Shown here: in pieces, positions 1 through 10,422 of the stretch
Position numbering within the stretch: the stretch's first letter is position 1
Layout: every line of letters begins with the position of its first letter
Assembly: GCF_000372725.1 (NCBI RefSeq)
Contig: NW_005202427.1
Location: forward strand, 558,001-622,000
Source: Emiliania huxleyi CCMP1516
Lineage: Eukaryota
DNA length: 64,000 bases
Direction of reading: 5' to 3'
The notes under the pieces: model-generated
Told to the model about the DNA's origin: nothing
The model's input: only the letters and a program-made list of their open reading frames with translations
Databases searched by the model: none
Made by a program: the position numbers and the translations under genes

Positions 1-1458
1 TCAGGCGAGATCGCCGCCTCCATCTTGGGATGCCCTCCCTTCAGCTGGCTTCCGCCGAAGGTTCAGGAGTGGATGACGAAGAATCTGGAGTACTCGGCCG
101 ACGTGCCTCTTTATGGCTGGCCCGACGGCAACATGTCAAAGGCGCCCACCAAGCTGCTATTCGACGATTCGGGGTGCGCGCATTCCCCGCTCCTTCATTC
201 GCCCTCTGTTCTCGCCACAACCGACCCACCGTTTGCGGCGCGTACAGATATTTGCAGTCGAGCAAGATTGCTCCGGCGGTCGCTCGCGGAGTGACCAAGG
301 TGGTCAACATGACTATCCAGTCCTCCCCTGTGGACAATGTCGCCCTTTGCATGGGCTTCCCCGTCGGGCTTCCCCCTGGGCTTCCGTCAAGCGCCTACCT
401 GTCGATGTCGGCGATCTTTGACGCCGGAGACGTCTCGCAATCCTGCTACCTCGACGAGTTTTGCAACGTGCCGGACAAGGAGACGGGCAAGTGCGACAAG
501 AACTACCCACCAAAGTATCCCATACTAAACGGGCCGTACGGCTCGTGGGGCAAGCGCCCGGAGTACAAAGATGTTCGAGTCGACGACCCGGATGACAAAG
601 GTCCATCTAGATGACAAAGCCACCCCCGCCGCCCCTTCCCCGCCGCCGCCGCATGAAAAGATATTCGAGTCGACCCTGCGGGAAACGCAGCCCCCCCCCC
701 CCCCACCTACAGACAAGTTGGACAAGTTGGTCAAGTTGCCACCCAAGTTCGCCGCGGCCATCGTGGAGGCCACGGCCCAGTTCTTCGCCTACGACGGCGT
801 CATCAAGGGCTCCGAGATCAAGATGCCTGACTCAAAACTGTCCATCTTCAAGAGGCAGGGCCCCGAGATCATCGTGTTCAACGATCTCGAAACGATCGAA
901 AACAGGTACCACGGCGTCGAGCCTACCTCGTCGACAGGGAAGAAAGTCAACTTCCTCGTCTACTCGTATCCCAGCAAAGACTCAGCGAAGAATGCTATGC
1001 CGACGCAGTGGGCCCCTTTGGTCAGCGACGACTCCGGCAAGCCACCCGACCCAACAACCAACCTCGGCAAGTGGGGCTATGACGGCGACGGCAAGACGCA
1101 GGGCTACCTCCTCGAGGAAAAGCTCCCCGGCGACGAGCTGCCCCGGCCGACAATCCCACCGGTATGGATGACGGCGACGGACGACCCGAACTTGCCCTTT
1201 GGGCATTACAGCGGCGTGCTCAACCCCGCCTTCGCCAACTTTCCGAACTACTATCCGCTCGGGATTTTCCCTATTGAGGGCAGGTACCCGCCTGACGTCG
1301 CCAACCTGGCCGCCGACCTCGCGTGCGAACGACTTCTCGCACTCAAAGCCCACAATGTTCATGTTGTGACCCTTTCCCCTCTGCTGCACAGGTGCTGGTC
1401 TGTGCGCGCCGCGGCAAAGACGGTGGTTGAGTTTGCCGGGCACGAGCTCGCTGATTAG
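1..1458 (+). CDS. 3' part of a multi-exon gene; hypothetical protein, possibly patatin/lysophospholipase-like fold
   Basis: Coding-like frames 1-173, ~249-600 and ~712-1458, with a likely GTGCGC...CAG intron at ~174-248. Motifs FDDSGYLQS and FPNY...ANLAADL only loosely recall algal/oomycete phospholipase-like proteins. Confidence 0.45.
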
Positions 1459-1980
1459 TTGGCGCCCGGAAGTCGCACTAGACTGTGCTGGCCGACCGCC
1501 CCACGCCTCTCGCCGCGTCCGATTGCCCGACCAAGAGCGCTACACATCTGCTCACACATCTGCTCGCTCGCGCGTTACGCCCGATTGTCGCTCGGCGCGC
1601 GACAAGCACATGCACATGTGCATGTGTGGTGTGGTTATCCATCGCGTCCGAGTCCCCGTCGTTCATGTTGATATAGATTGTCATTGAGATTGGTCCTAAA
1701 CGACTCCTGGGTTGGCTGGCCCCGAGAGCTGCGTCTCGAGCTCCCGTGTGCCGTTGCCAGACGACCCCGAGCGTCGGCGCCCAAATAAGGCCCATCGCGC
1801 CGATTGCCGGGGAAGTCGATTCCAGTGAGTCTCAAAAAGGCCCATCGACGAGGTTGGGGTCGTTGCCCGGTAGGAGGGTGGCGGCCGTAGCTGCCCCGGG
1901 CTGGGTGGGATGCAAGGCCAGCTCGCAGCTGCTCTGCAGTATGTCACGGCTCGTGCCGTATGTCACGGGCTCATGTGGCT

Positions 1981-2145
1981 GTCGCGTGGCGATTAGGTCC
2001 GCTCACGCTCCGTCTGATTGTCGCGTGGCGATTAGGTCCGCTCCGGCGTGTCTCGTCGCGTGGCGGTTAGGTCCGCTCACGTCGTCTCGTCGCGTGGCGA
2101 AACCGATTCGGTCCGCTCCGGCGTGTCTTGTCGCGTGGCGATTAA
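1981..2145. repeat. Imperfect tandem repeat, about 5 copies of GTCGCGTGGCGATTAGGTCCGCTC
   Basis: Repeat visible directly, period about 35-40 bp. Confidence 0.8.
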
Positions 2146-3240
2146 AGGGTGAGGGACGCGACCCACTTCGCCACAGACGGTCCCGCGCCTCGCCGCTAAG
2201 ACGGGTACACGACCGCGGCTTGTGTGCGTGTACCCGTCTTTGTCCGGAGTGAAAAGTCCAACGCGCTCGTCGGTGGCGGCTTCCCTCAACCTGCGCCGCG
2301 CTCGGCGAACCTCGACAGCGCTTTCGGTGGCATGCAGCTCTTTGCGACAGAAGCCTGGAGAGCAGCTCCTCTGCTGCTCACACACTCTGCACAGCTGACA
2401 CAGCCTACTGTGCGGCTGCCACAGCTGTGACAGCGATGGGCTCGCCCTCACTGGCCCTCAGTCACTTGTGCTGCGGCTTGTGTGAGCGACACTGCTCGGC
2501 GACTGCCGGCACACTGTGAGACCATGGGTGTGAGGTAAACCACGCTATACCAGCGCTTGGTCACATCGGCCCCGAGGTCAGATTCTTCTACTCTGTTGAT
2601 GACAACACTTGTCTACCGGCTGGAGCCGAGCAGGAGGGCTTGGCGCACAACCCCTTGGTCAACTCACCCTCCAGATTCGTTTTCTTTTCCTGTGGAGTTT
2701 TCTTGTAAAATTCTTTTCCTCGAGTGTTAGTGCCCTTGTTTGTGCCCTTGGCACCGTGGAGTGCTGGGGGGGGCGACATGGAGGATGTGGCCCTGAGTTA
2801 TGTGTACGCCGACTCAGGGTGTGTGGCAGCCAGCTGGCTGTGTGTCTTGTGAGCTTGTTTGTGTCTGTGTGTCGCTCGTGCGTGTCGTCATCATCTGTCC
2901 AGCGTCCACCCATACCGCGTTGGTGTCCAGTCCGAGCCTGGCTGTTCTTCACCTTACTACCTACCTACCTAGTGCTAGCACGCGCCAGTCCGCACCTGTG
3001 TCGCGCCTGCAGTCTGCTGTGAGATAGAGCCTTGGAGCACTTGGAGCACTTGGAGTGCAGTCGCGCGTAAGTTCACGAGATGTTAAATTCTTTTCCGTAA
3101 GATTCTTTTCCGTGTGTTAGTGCCAGTGCGCGCCAGTCCCGTGCCCAGTGTCGTGCGAGGCAGCGTTTTGCTAAATTTCTTTTGAGTTCTAAAATTCTTG
3201 GTTGCAAAATTCTTTCCGGCGTAAAATTCTTTTCTTCGCG

Positions 3241-4703
3241 ATGTCCAGCCCGCCGCGCCGCCGCTCGCGCCGCCTCGCCTCCGCCACCACCGCCGCTCCC
3301 TCGCCGGACGCGCCGCCGCCCGCCCGGCTCCTCGACCTCCCTAGGGAGCTCCTCGAGCGCGTCCTCTCCCGCTTCGACAGCCCCATCGACATCGCTCGCG
3401 TCGCGGCCGTCTCGCGTCTCTTTCACGCCTCGCTCGCGGCAGAGGGCATCCGCTTGTGGGCGCAAGAGCGCGGCTTCGAGCTGCCGGCGAAGCCAGAGGA
3501 CGAGAACTGCGCCGTGCGGTGGCTGTGCTATTCGGCGTTGCTGCACGAGTCCAACCGGCCAGCGAGGGCGGCAGCAGGCGAACGGCACAGCGTCTTCATC
3601 GACGGCGAGGGGCGGCTCTCGTCGTGCGGGTCAGCGGCAACGGAGGGCGAGGGGGGGGAGGAGGAGGAGGAGGAATTTTCAGGCCTTCTCGGCCACGGCG
3701 AGGGCGTGACGCGGCTCAACACACCGACCCGCCTCCTGTCAACGCTGGGTGACGAGCGCGCCGTGAGCGTGGCGGCTGGAGATTACCACAGCCTCGCCCT
3801 CGCCGCCGACGGCGCGTCGTTTGGAGCTGGGGCGCAGGCTACTCGGGCGAGCTGGGCCACGGCGACGAGCAGAACCAGCTGCTGCCGAAGAAGGTCGAGG
3901 CCTTTGCTGGCCAGCGCGTCGTCGCTGTGTCGGCTGGATTCGTCCACAGCCTCGTCCTCACCGCCGACGGCGCCCTCTGGAGCTGGGGCGCAGGCTACGC
4001 GGGCGAGCTGGGCCACGGCGACGAGCAGAACCAGCTGCTGCCGAAGAAGATCGAGGCCTTGGCTGGCCAGCGCGTCGTCGCTCTGTCGGCTGGACGCAGC
4101 CACAGCATCGCCATCACCGGCGGCGGCTCCGTCTGGAGCTGGGGCGGCGGAGCCGGAGGCAAGCTGGGCCACGGCGACCAGCAGGCCCAGTGGCAGCCGA
4201 AGAAGGTCGAGGCCTTCGCTGGGCACCGCGTCGTCGCTGTGTCGGCTGGAGGCGAAGACAGCCTCGCCCTCACCGCCGACGGCGCCGTCTGGAGCTGGGG
4301 CCGTGGAGCCTCTGGCAAGCTGGGCCACGGCAACCAGCAGGACCAGCCGCTGCCGAAGAAGATCGAGAACTTTGCTGGCCAGCACGTCGTTGCTGTCTCG
4401 GCTGGACGCAGCCACAGCCTCGCCATCACCGCCGACGGCGCCGTCTGGAGCTGGGGCTGGGGATTCTCTGGCCGGTTGGGCCACGGCGACGTGGAGACGC
4501 AGCTGCTGCCGAAGAAGGTCGAGGCCTTGGCGGGGCGGCGCGTCGTCGCTGTGTCGGCTGGAGGCGACCACAGCCTCGCTCGCGCCGCCGACGGCGCCGT
4601 CTTTACTTGGGGCGAGGGCGAACGCGGCTGCCTAGGCCACGGAGAGGACCTGTCGATCCAGCTGCTGCCCAAGAAGGTCGAGGCGTGGGCGCCGGGGCTG
4701 TGA
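3241..4703 (+). pseudogene. F-box + RCC1-repeat protein with a frameshift near 3816
   Basis: ATG at 3241; F-box-like LLDLPRELLERVLSRF; about 7 RCC1 repeats (VSAGxxHSLALTADGAVWSWGxGxxGxLGHG). The frame changes at GGCGCGTCGTTTGG. Could be a sequencing error. Confidence 0.85.
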
Positions 4704-5005
4704 GAAGGGCGTACCTACCTCGGCTGCCACGACACGTCCCGATGTAGAAACATCATGGGAGCACCTTAGATGCGTCTGAAGACCGCAGGGTGGCACCAAA
4801 CCGGGCGCCAAAGGTCGGCAGAAGGCGCCGAGGGGCCAAAATGGCCCCGTTGGGCTCGTTCCGAGGCTTGGACGGACTCTCTCGCGGCTGACTCGTGCGC
4901 GATATCGGCACGTGGTGATACACAGGCATCGGGCCGATGCCAGCGGCACCCGTTTTACGAGCCTCAAAGCCGCGAGCCGCCCTGCAGGCGCCGTTTTGGG
5001 GACTA

Positions 5006-5813
5006 GGTCCAGCCCTGGGTGAGCCAGATCTGACGTTTTGTATCTGAAAGTAGAGCTCTATAGAGATGAGAGTGAGGTTGAACTGACATCGCGTCAGATC
5101 CGTGTTTTTCTCGTCTTGCGGTACATCTCTCCGCTCGCCACCTCACGCTCCGCCGTCCGGCCATGGATGGTTCGATGGAGCTCGCCGAGCTCCATCGAAC
5201 CATCCAACTCCGGTCACCGGGTCTGAACGCGCTCAGCCTCAGGAGGTACCAAACCGCGCGAATTCTGCACGCCTCGCTGCACCGCTGGCTTGACTGAATC
5301 AGGCAGCAGCAGGCTGCTGCTGTTGCCACAGCAGCAGTCTGCTGCGGCCCCAATACGCAAGTTAATAACCAGCATTGCTGCCGGGGGCATTCGAGCCGCC
5401 ACAGCCGGTGTGCGGCTGTGCACTGCCACCTGCCCGCGGCTACGCACAATGTGCGCTCGCATTGGATGAGCCCTGCTGATGGACCTGCGTCGCCTAGCTG
5501 CACGAGAGCAATGCCGCAGGCGGCGGCCGTGGCATACACTGCGAGCACACTTGGTGCAGCTGCGAGGTGCAGCAAGAGCACGTCGTTCCTGCCTCTGATG
5601 CCACTCTCGCGGCTTGCAGCGCGTCACTCGCGCATGCTCTCCAGGAGCTATGGCGGGCGCGTGTGGGGCTGTAGCCTGTGTTTGGCCGGTTCTGACCCGT
5701 TTACTATCAGTACCATGCCTGGGCCACAAGAATCGCACACGGGGAGCAGCTCAGGGACCCAGTAAGCCGCGGAATCGCCAAATGTCACAACCCGGCTCAC
5801 CCAGGGCTGGACC
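5006..5813. mobile_element. MITE with 20-bp TIR GGTCCAGCCCTGGGTGAGCC and TA target duplication
   Basis: 5006-5025 is the exact reverse complement of 5794-5813; TA flanks at 5004-5005 and 5814-5815; no transposase inside. Confidence 0.8.
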
Positions 5814-6396
5814 TAGTCTGGGGCTCCAGAGAGGTCCTGCAGAGGGCCCCGGGGGCGCTTTCGAGGCCCCAGCTACCAAAACACGCCTTTAGAATGGTCC
5901 CGAGCGGCTCCCACGACCCCCCCCAGCACCCGAGCTGCACGACACGACCGCTTGTTTGAACATTAGCGACACAAGTAATTAATGTTTAATCATGTGGATT
6001 GTGTCGTCGTGTACGTGTTGGGACTTGGCTCTTGGGGTCTGTTTTCTTTCTTTCTTTTGAAGAAACCCCCGGATAAAGAAGAAATGGGCATAGCGGCTTA
6101 AGGACTCTTTTCGAAAGGTACGGGTGTCCACAAACCCTGTCTCAGCAGTCCAACTTCGGGTACACGTACTTTAGTCTTTACGTACTTTTCGCTTACTGGG
6201 GAGAGAAAAGGGAGAGGGGTGTGTGTTCTCTAGGCCCCTAAAGGCCCTACGCGCGGCGTGAGAGCTCGGAAGCGAGCGTTGCACGCTCTCTAAGAGCTAC
6301 ATACACTGACACGAGTCACGACCCCGCGCCACCCCGCCCGCCGCCCCGCTCGTCGCCCGGGGCGGGCGTCACGAAGGGGGCGCCTCTGTGTTAGTG

Positions 6397-8556
6397 TCAC
6401 GACTCCCGCTCAGACCTCGCGGCCCGCGCCACCTGAACGAGTGATGCTACTTCCGGCCTTGTGGCCTTGCTCACGGAGAGGCGCCGCTCCAGCTCCGCCA
6501 CCTGCTCCTCCAGCTCCAGCTTCGCTGCGGAACGGTTTGTGTGCGCCACCTGCTCCGCCAGTTCTGTGGCCTTGCTCACGGAGAGGCGCCGCTCCAGCTC
6601 CGCCACCTGCTCCGCCAGCTCCAGCTCCGCTGCGGGACGGTTTGTGTGCGCCACCTGCTCCGCCAGTTCTGTGGCCTTGCTCACGGAGAGGCGCAGCTCC
6701 GCCACCTGCTCCTCCAGCTCCAGCTCCGCTGCGGACCGGTTTGAGGGCAATAACGGCATGGCATCTGAGCGGCGCTTCGGCCGCCGCGGACTCGGCTTGC
6801 CGCCCCCCGCCTCCTCCTCGTCGGACTCCACGAGCCGCTTGTGAGGCGGCTCGCGCCGCCGGCAGCAGCAGCGGGAGAAGCAGAGCGCCAGGAAGAGCAA
6901 CCCGGCTACTCCCAGCGCCAACTCCAGCGACCGCTCAGGGACGCCCAGCTCCTTCTCCAGCTCCTTGACGACGGGCGCCACGGTCTCGTACCCCGTCCGC
7001 ACCGTCCCGCCGAGCTTCTCGACGAAGTCGGCGTAGAAGGGTGGGGGTGGGGCGAGCGGCGGCGGCGGCGGCGTCGGCGGCGGCGGGGTCGGAGGCGGCG
7101 GGGTCGCTGGCGAGGGCGGGGCCGCGGGAGGCGAGAGAGGCGGCAGCGGCGGCGGCTTCGGTGGCGGCGTCGGAGGCGGCGGGGTCGGAGGCGAGGGCGG
7201 GGCCGCGGGAGGCGAAGGCGGCGGCGTCGGCGGCGGCGTCGGCGGCGGCGTCGGCGGCGTTGGTGGAGGCGAGAGAGGCGGCGGCGTCGGCGGCGGCTTC
7301 GGCGGCGGCGTCGGCGGCGGCGAAGGCGGCGGCGAGGGCGGGGCCGCGGGAGGCGAAGGCGGCGGCGAGGGCGGGGCCGCGGGAGGCGAAGGCGGCGGCG
7401 GGGACGGGGGCCATGGCGGCGGCGGTAGGGGTGGGTGGGGAGGCTTTGGCTGCTGCCCCGGCGGCCAGGGCGGCATCGGCGGCGGTGGGTTTGGCTGTGT
7501 CACCCCTGGCGGCGACGGCGGCGGGGGCGGCGGCGGCGGCGGAGGCGGTGGTGCAGGAGGTGGTGGCGGGGAAGGCGAGGGCGACAGAGGCGGAAGCGGA
7601 GGCGGCGGCGGAGGCGGCGGCGGGGATGGCGGCGGCGGGGACGGCGGCGGCGGCGAGGGCGGCGGCGGCGAGGGTGGAGATGAGGGCGGCGGCGGCGAGG
7701 TCGGCGGTGACGGGGGCGGCGCGGCTGGAGGCGAGGGCGGCGGCGGCGAGGGTGGAGATGAGGGCGGCGGCGGCGAGGTCGGCGGTGACGGGGGCGGCGC
7801 GGCTGGAGGCGAGGGCGGCGGCGGCGAGGGTGGAGATGAGGGCGGCGGTGGCGAGGTCGGCGGTGACGGGGACGGCGCGGCTGGAGGCGAGGGCGGCGGC
7901 GGCGAGGGTGGCAGCGACGGAGGCGGCAGCGGCGGCGGGTGTGAGGGCGGCGGCGGCGAGGGCGGCGACGACGGCGGCGGTGGGGACGGCGGCGGTGGCG
8001 GGGCTGAGGGCGGGGGCGGCGTCGGGGGCTGCGATGGTGGAGGCGGCGTGGGGGGCGGCGAGGCTGGAGGCGGCGAGGGTGGAGGCGAGGGTGGAGGCGG
8101 CGACGGCGGCGACGGCGGCGGCGGCGGCATCGAGGGCGGCTGCGGCGGCAGCGGCGAGGGCGGCGGCCGCTGGGGCGACGGCGAGGTCGGAGGGGGCAGC
8201 GACGGCGCCGGTGAATATATTTTTTCGTAGCACGTCGTGCCGCTCGAGGGCGTTGCGCCCGCAATCGCGTCCTCCGGTGCTGGCGCCTTATAGGTCTTGC
8301 ACTCGACCTGACCTCCGACGAGCGCAGCGTAAAAGCTGTAGCCGACGCAGAAAGCGCCGACGTCGCAGGACCGGCGGCAAGTGGCGTGATTCTCTGCGTA
8401 GGAGAGCCTGTTGGACGTCGACGCGGAGTCGTACTTCCCAGGGCCGCCGATGCGGTCTACACACGCGCCAGCTCGCCCGAGGTACCAGACCATTTTCTGG
8501 GCACCTGCCGGCCAATCACGGCAAGAGAAGCTCCGTTCACACAAAAACACAACCAC
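6397..8556 (-). CDS. Ser-Pro-rich (extensin-like) single-pass membrane protein with N-terminal Cys-rich PAN/apple-like module and C-terminal coiled-coil repeats
   Basis: 719-aa ORF: C..SC....C.GYSF...C..Y module, long SPPPP stalk, TM LALGVAGLLFLALCF followed by a Cys cluster, about 2.7 copies of a 35-aa repeat. True start uncertain. Confidence 0.75.
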   Translation of the reverse strand: MVVFLCERSFSCRDWPAGAQKMVWYLGRAGACVDRIGGPGKYDSASTSNRLSYAENHATCRRSCDVGAFCVGYSFYAALVGGQVECKTYKAPAPEDAIAGATPSSGTTCYEKIYSPAPSLPPPTSPSPQRPPPSPLPPQPPSMPPPPPSPPSPPPPSPPPSPPPASPPPTPPPPSQPPTPPPPSAPPPPPSPPPPSSPPSPPPPSHPPPLPPPSLPPSPPPPSPPAAPSPSPPTSPPPPSSPPSPPPPSPPAAPPPSPPTSPPPPSSPPSPPPPSPPAAPPPSPPTSPPPPSSPPSPPPPSPPPPSPPPPSPPPPPPPPPLPPLSPSPSPPPPPAPPPPPPPPPPPPSPPGVTQPNPPPPMPPWPPGQQPKPPHPPLPPPPWPPSPPPPSPPAAPPSPPPSPPAAPPSPPPSPPPTPPPKPPPTPPPLSPPPTPPTPPPTPPPTPPPSPPAAPPSPPTPPPPTPPPKPPPLPPLSPPAAPPSPATPPPPTPPPPTPPPPPLAPPPPFYADFVEKLGGTVRTGYETVAPVVKELEKELGVPERSLELALGVAGLLFLALCFSRCCCRRREPPHKRLVESDEEEAGGGKPSPRRPKRRSDAMPLLPSNRSAAELELEEQVAELRLSVSKATELAEQVAHTNRPAAELELAEQVAELERRLSVSKATELAEQVAHTNRSAAKLELEEQVAELERRLSVSKATRPEVASLVQVARAARSERES

Positions 8557-9065
8557 GACCCAAGACGCACAAGCTCAGACAGTCGAGAAAGGGATAGACC
8601 GCAACGACAGTCAGAAGTCAGCGCTGGGTCCCAGGGCGAATGCGATGACGGCCTCTAGTGTGAGCTCTAGCTAGTGAGCTATCGCTACTATATGCAGCGA
8701 GTTAGGAGCCAACTCTTTTCCTGGCTCACAAGCTAAAGATGTTCACGGGCCCCCACACGGAGGCCCGGGTACTCTTTAGCTGTACTCGTCTAGGCAGGGG
8801 TTGGTTAGGAGCCGACCGACCGACCCTTGCGTCCGGTGCTCACCGACGGCCGGGCGGGCCACCCGCCCACGCGCCGCCTACGCGCAGCGCGTGCGCCGCA
8901 AACTCGCCCGCCGACAGCGCCGGCCAGTCGCCATCGGCCGTCGCGAGAGGCCTGCCCGGCTGTCGCCGCGGGGCCCCCACGAACACCACGCGTCGGATGC
9001 GGTGCCGCGCGAACTCGCGCGCAAAGTGCACGCCCCACGCCCGCCGCAGCTCCGTTCACGTACTA

Positions 9066-9467
9066 AGGCTCTTTAAAAAGATTGATTCTCGCCCCTCTAA
9101 GTATTGATATTGAATATTGACAGCCTTCCCTCTAAGTATTGACAATATATTGACATATTGATCGCTGATTTTCACCCCCAAAAGCATAAATGTGAACATT
9201 TCCCCCAAATATCGCCTAGATGGTGGCTAAAATCGAAAGATTCGCGAGGTCAAAGCGATTTTGATGCGACCCAAGCGATTTTGAAGCAATTTGGACCCAT
9301 TTTGAGCGGTTTTAGGGTGTTCCCAAGCCCGGGATGGACCTCACATCGCTGGATATATCGATATATTGAGCCCCCCTTGGCCTGCCCAGGCCCAGCTCCC
9401 TCTAAGTATTGACAATATATTGGAGATTGATCGCTTCTGTAAGTATTGGAGCAATATATTAGAGCCT
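9066..9467. mobile_element. AT-rich MITE-like element with short TIR AGGCTCT and TA flanks
   Basis: CTAAGGCTCT at 9063-9072 and AGAGCCTTAG at 9461-9470; subterminal CCCTCTAAGTATTGA repeats near both ends. Confidence 0.55.
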
Positions 9468-10422
9468 TAGCGATTAAACGCACAACCCGGGCCCCGAAAT
9501 CGCACAGTGATGACAGTGACATGCAACACGGGGTCCCAGGGAAGGCGAGCAAAAACCTTATCGCGCGCGCTAGACGCCGACTCGGAGTCCGCACCGGTCA
9601 TGCGCGCAGCCGGAGAGAGAGGGAGGCGCTCAATCGCCGAACTCGGCGAGCGTCTCCAGCGTCTCCGCTTCGTACGCACCCTCCTCCCAGCAATTGAGCG
9701 CCTCCTCCACTCCCGCGCCCGCGCCCGCAGCGTCCGTGCCCGCGAGGATGGCAGCGACGCGCTCCTTCTGCCGAGCTCCGTTCACACAAAAACACACCCC
9801 GTTCCCAAGACGCACAAGCAAGCACAGTAGCTGCTCGGTGTGTGCAGCAGAGCCAAAACAGCGACGGGGGGAGGGGGTAGTCAGCCACAGGGCAAATGGG
9901 GGCGGGGGGCACTCCCCCTGGTCTGATACTGGGGTGTGACTGTCTCCAGTCTCGGAGGGGGGCTTGAAGCTAAGAATATTTTATTTTTAGGGTCATTGTG
10001 TAGAGCCCTGCTTAGAAGGAAAAGGTTTTCTGCAAGGTCCGTATGGCTCACCGTGTAGTCGGCCGATAGAGCGACATATCCTCCGTGCCGCCAATCGACG
10101 GCAACGTACCGTACCCGTATTGCTCTCTTGGGACAGTAAGCAGGCGCGCACGATGGTCTAGTCAATGCACGGCTAGAACACTATAGGGTCATTGTGTAGC
10201 CCTGCTTAGCTTCAAGCCTTGGATTCAGCAAGAGACCTCGAGAGAGCGTGCGTGTGCCTCTACTCGCCAGGAGAGTGACAGCCAGCGGGGGCGAGCCTTT
10301 GACATGACAGCAGGGGAGCGGCTCGATCGATCGACGGAAGAGGTCGAATTCGGAATCCGGAGAGACAGCCGTGCCCATGACGGCGAGCAGGAGCAGCATT
10401 GGGCTGCCTCTGTCTGTCAGTG

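Noticed and set aside
1981..2145. Repeat-spacer-like array resembling CRISPR
   Set aside because: Spacers are only ~10-15 bp and similar to each other, repeats are degenerate, there are no cas genes, and the context is eukaryotic.
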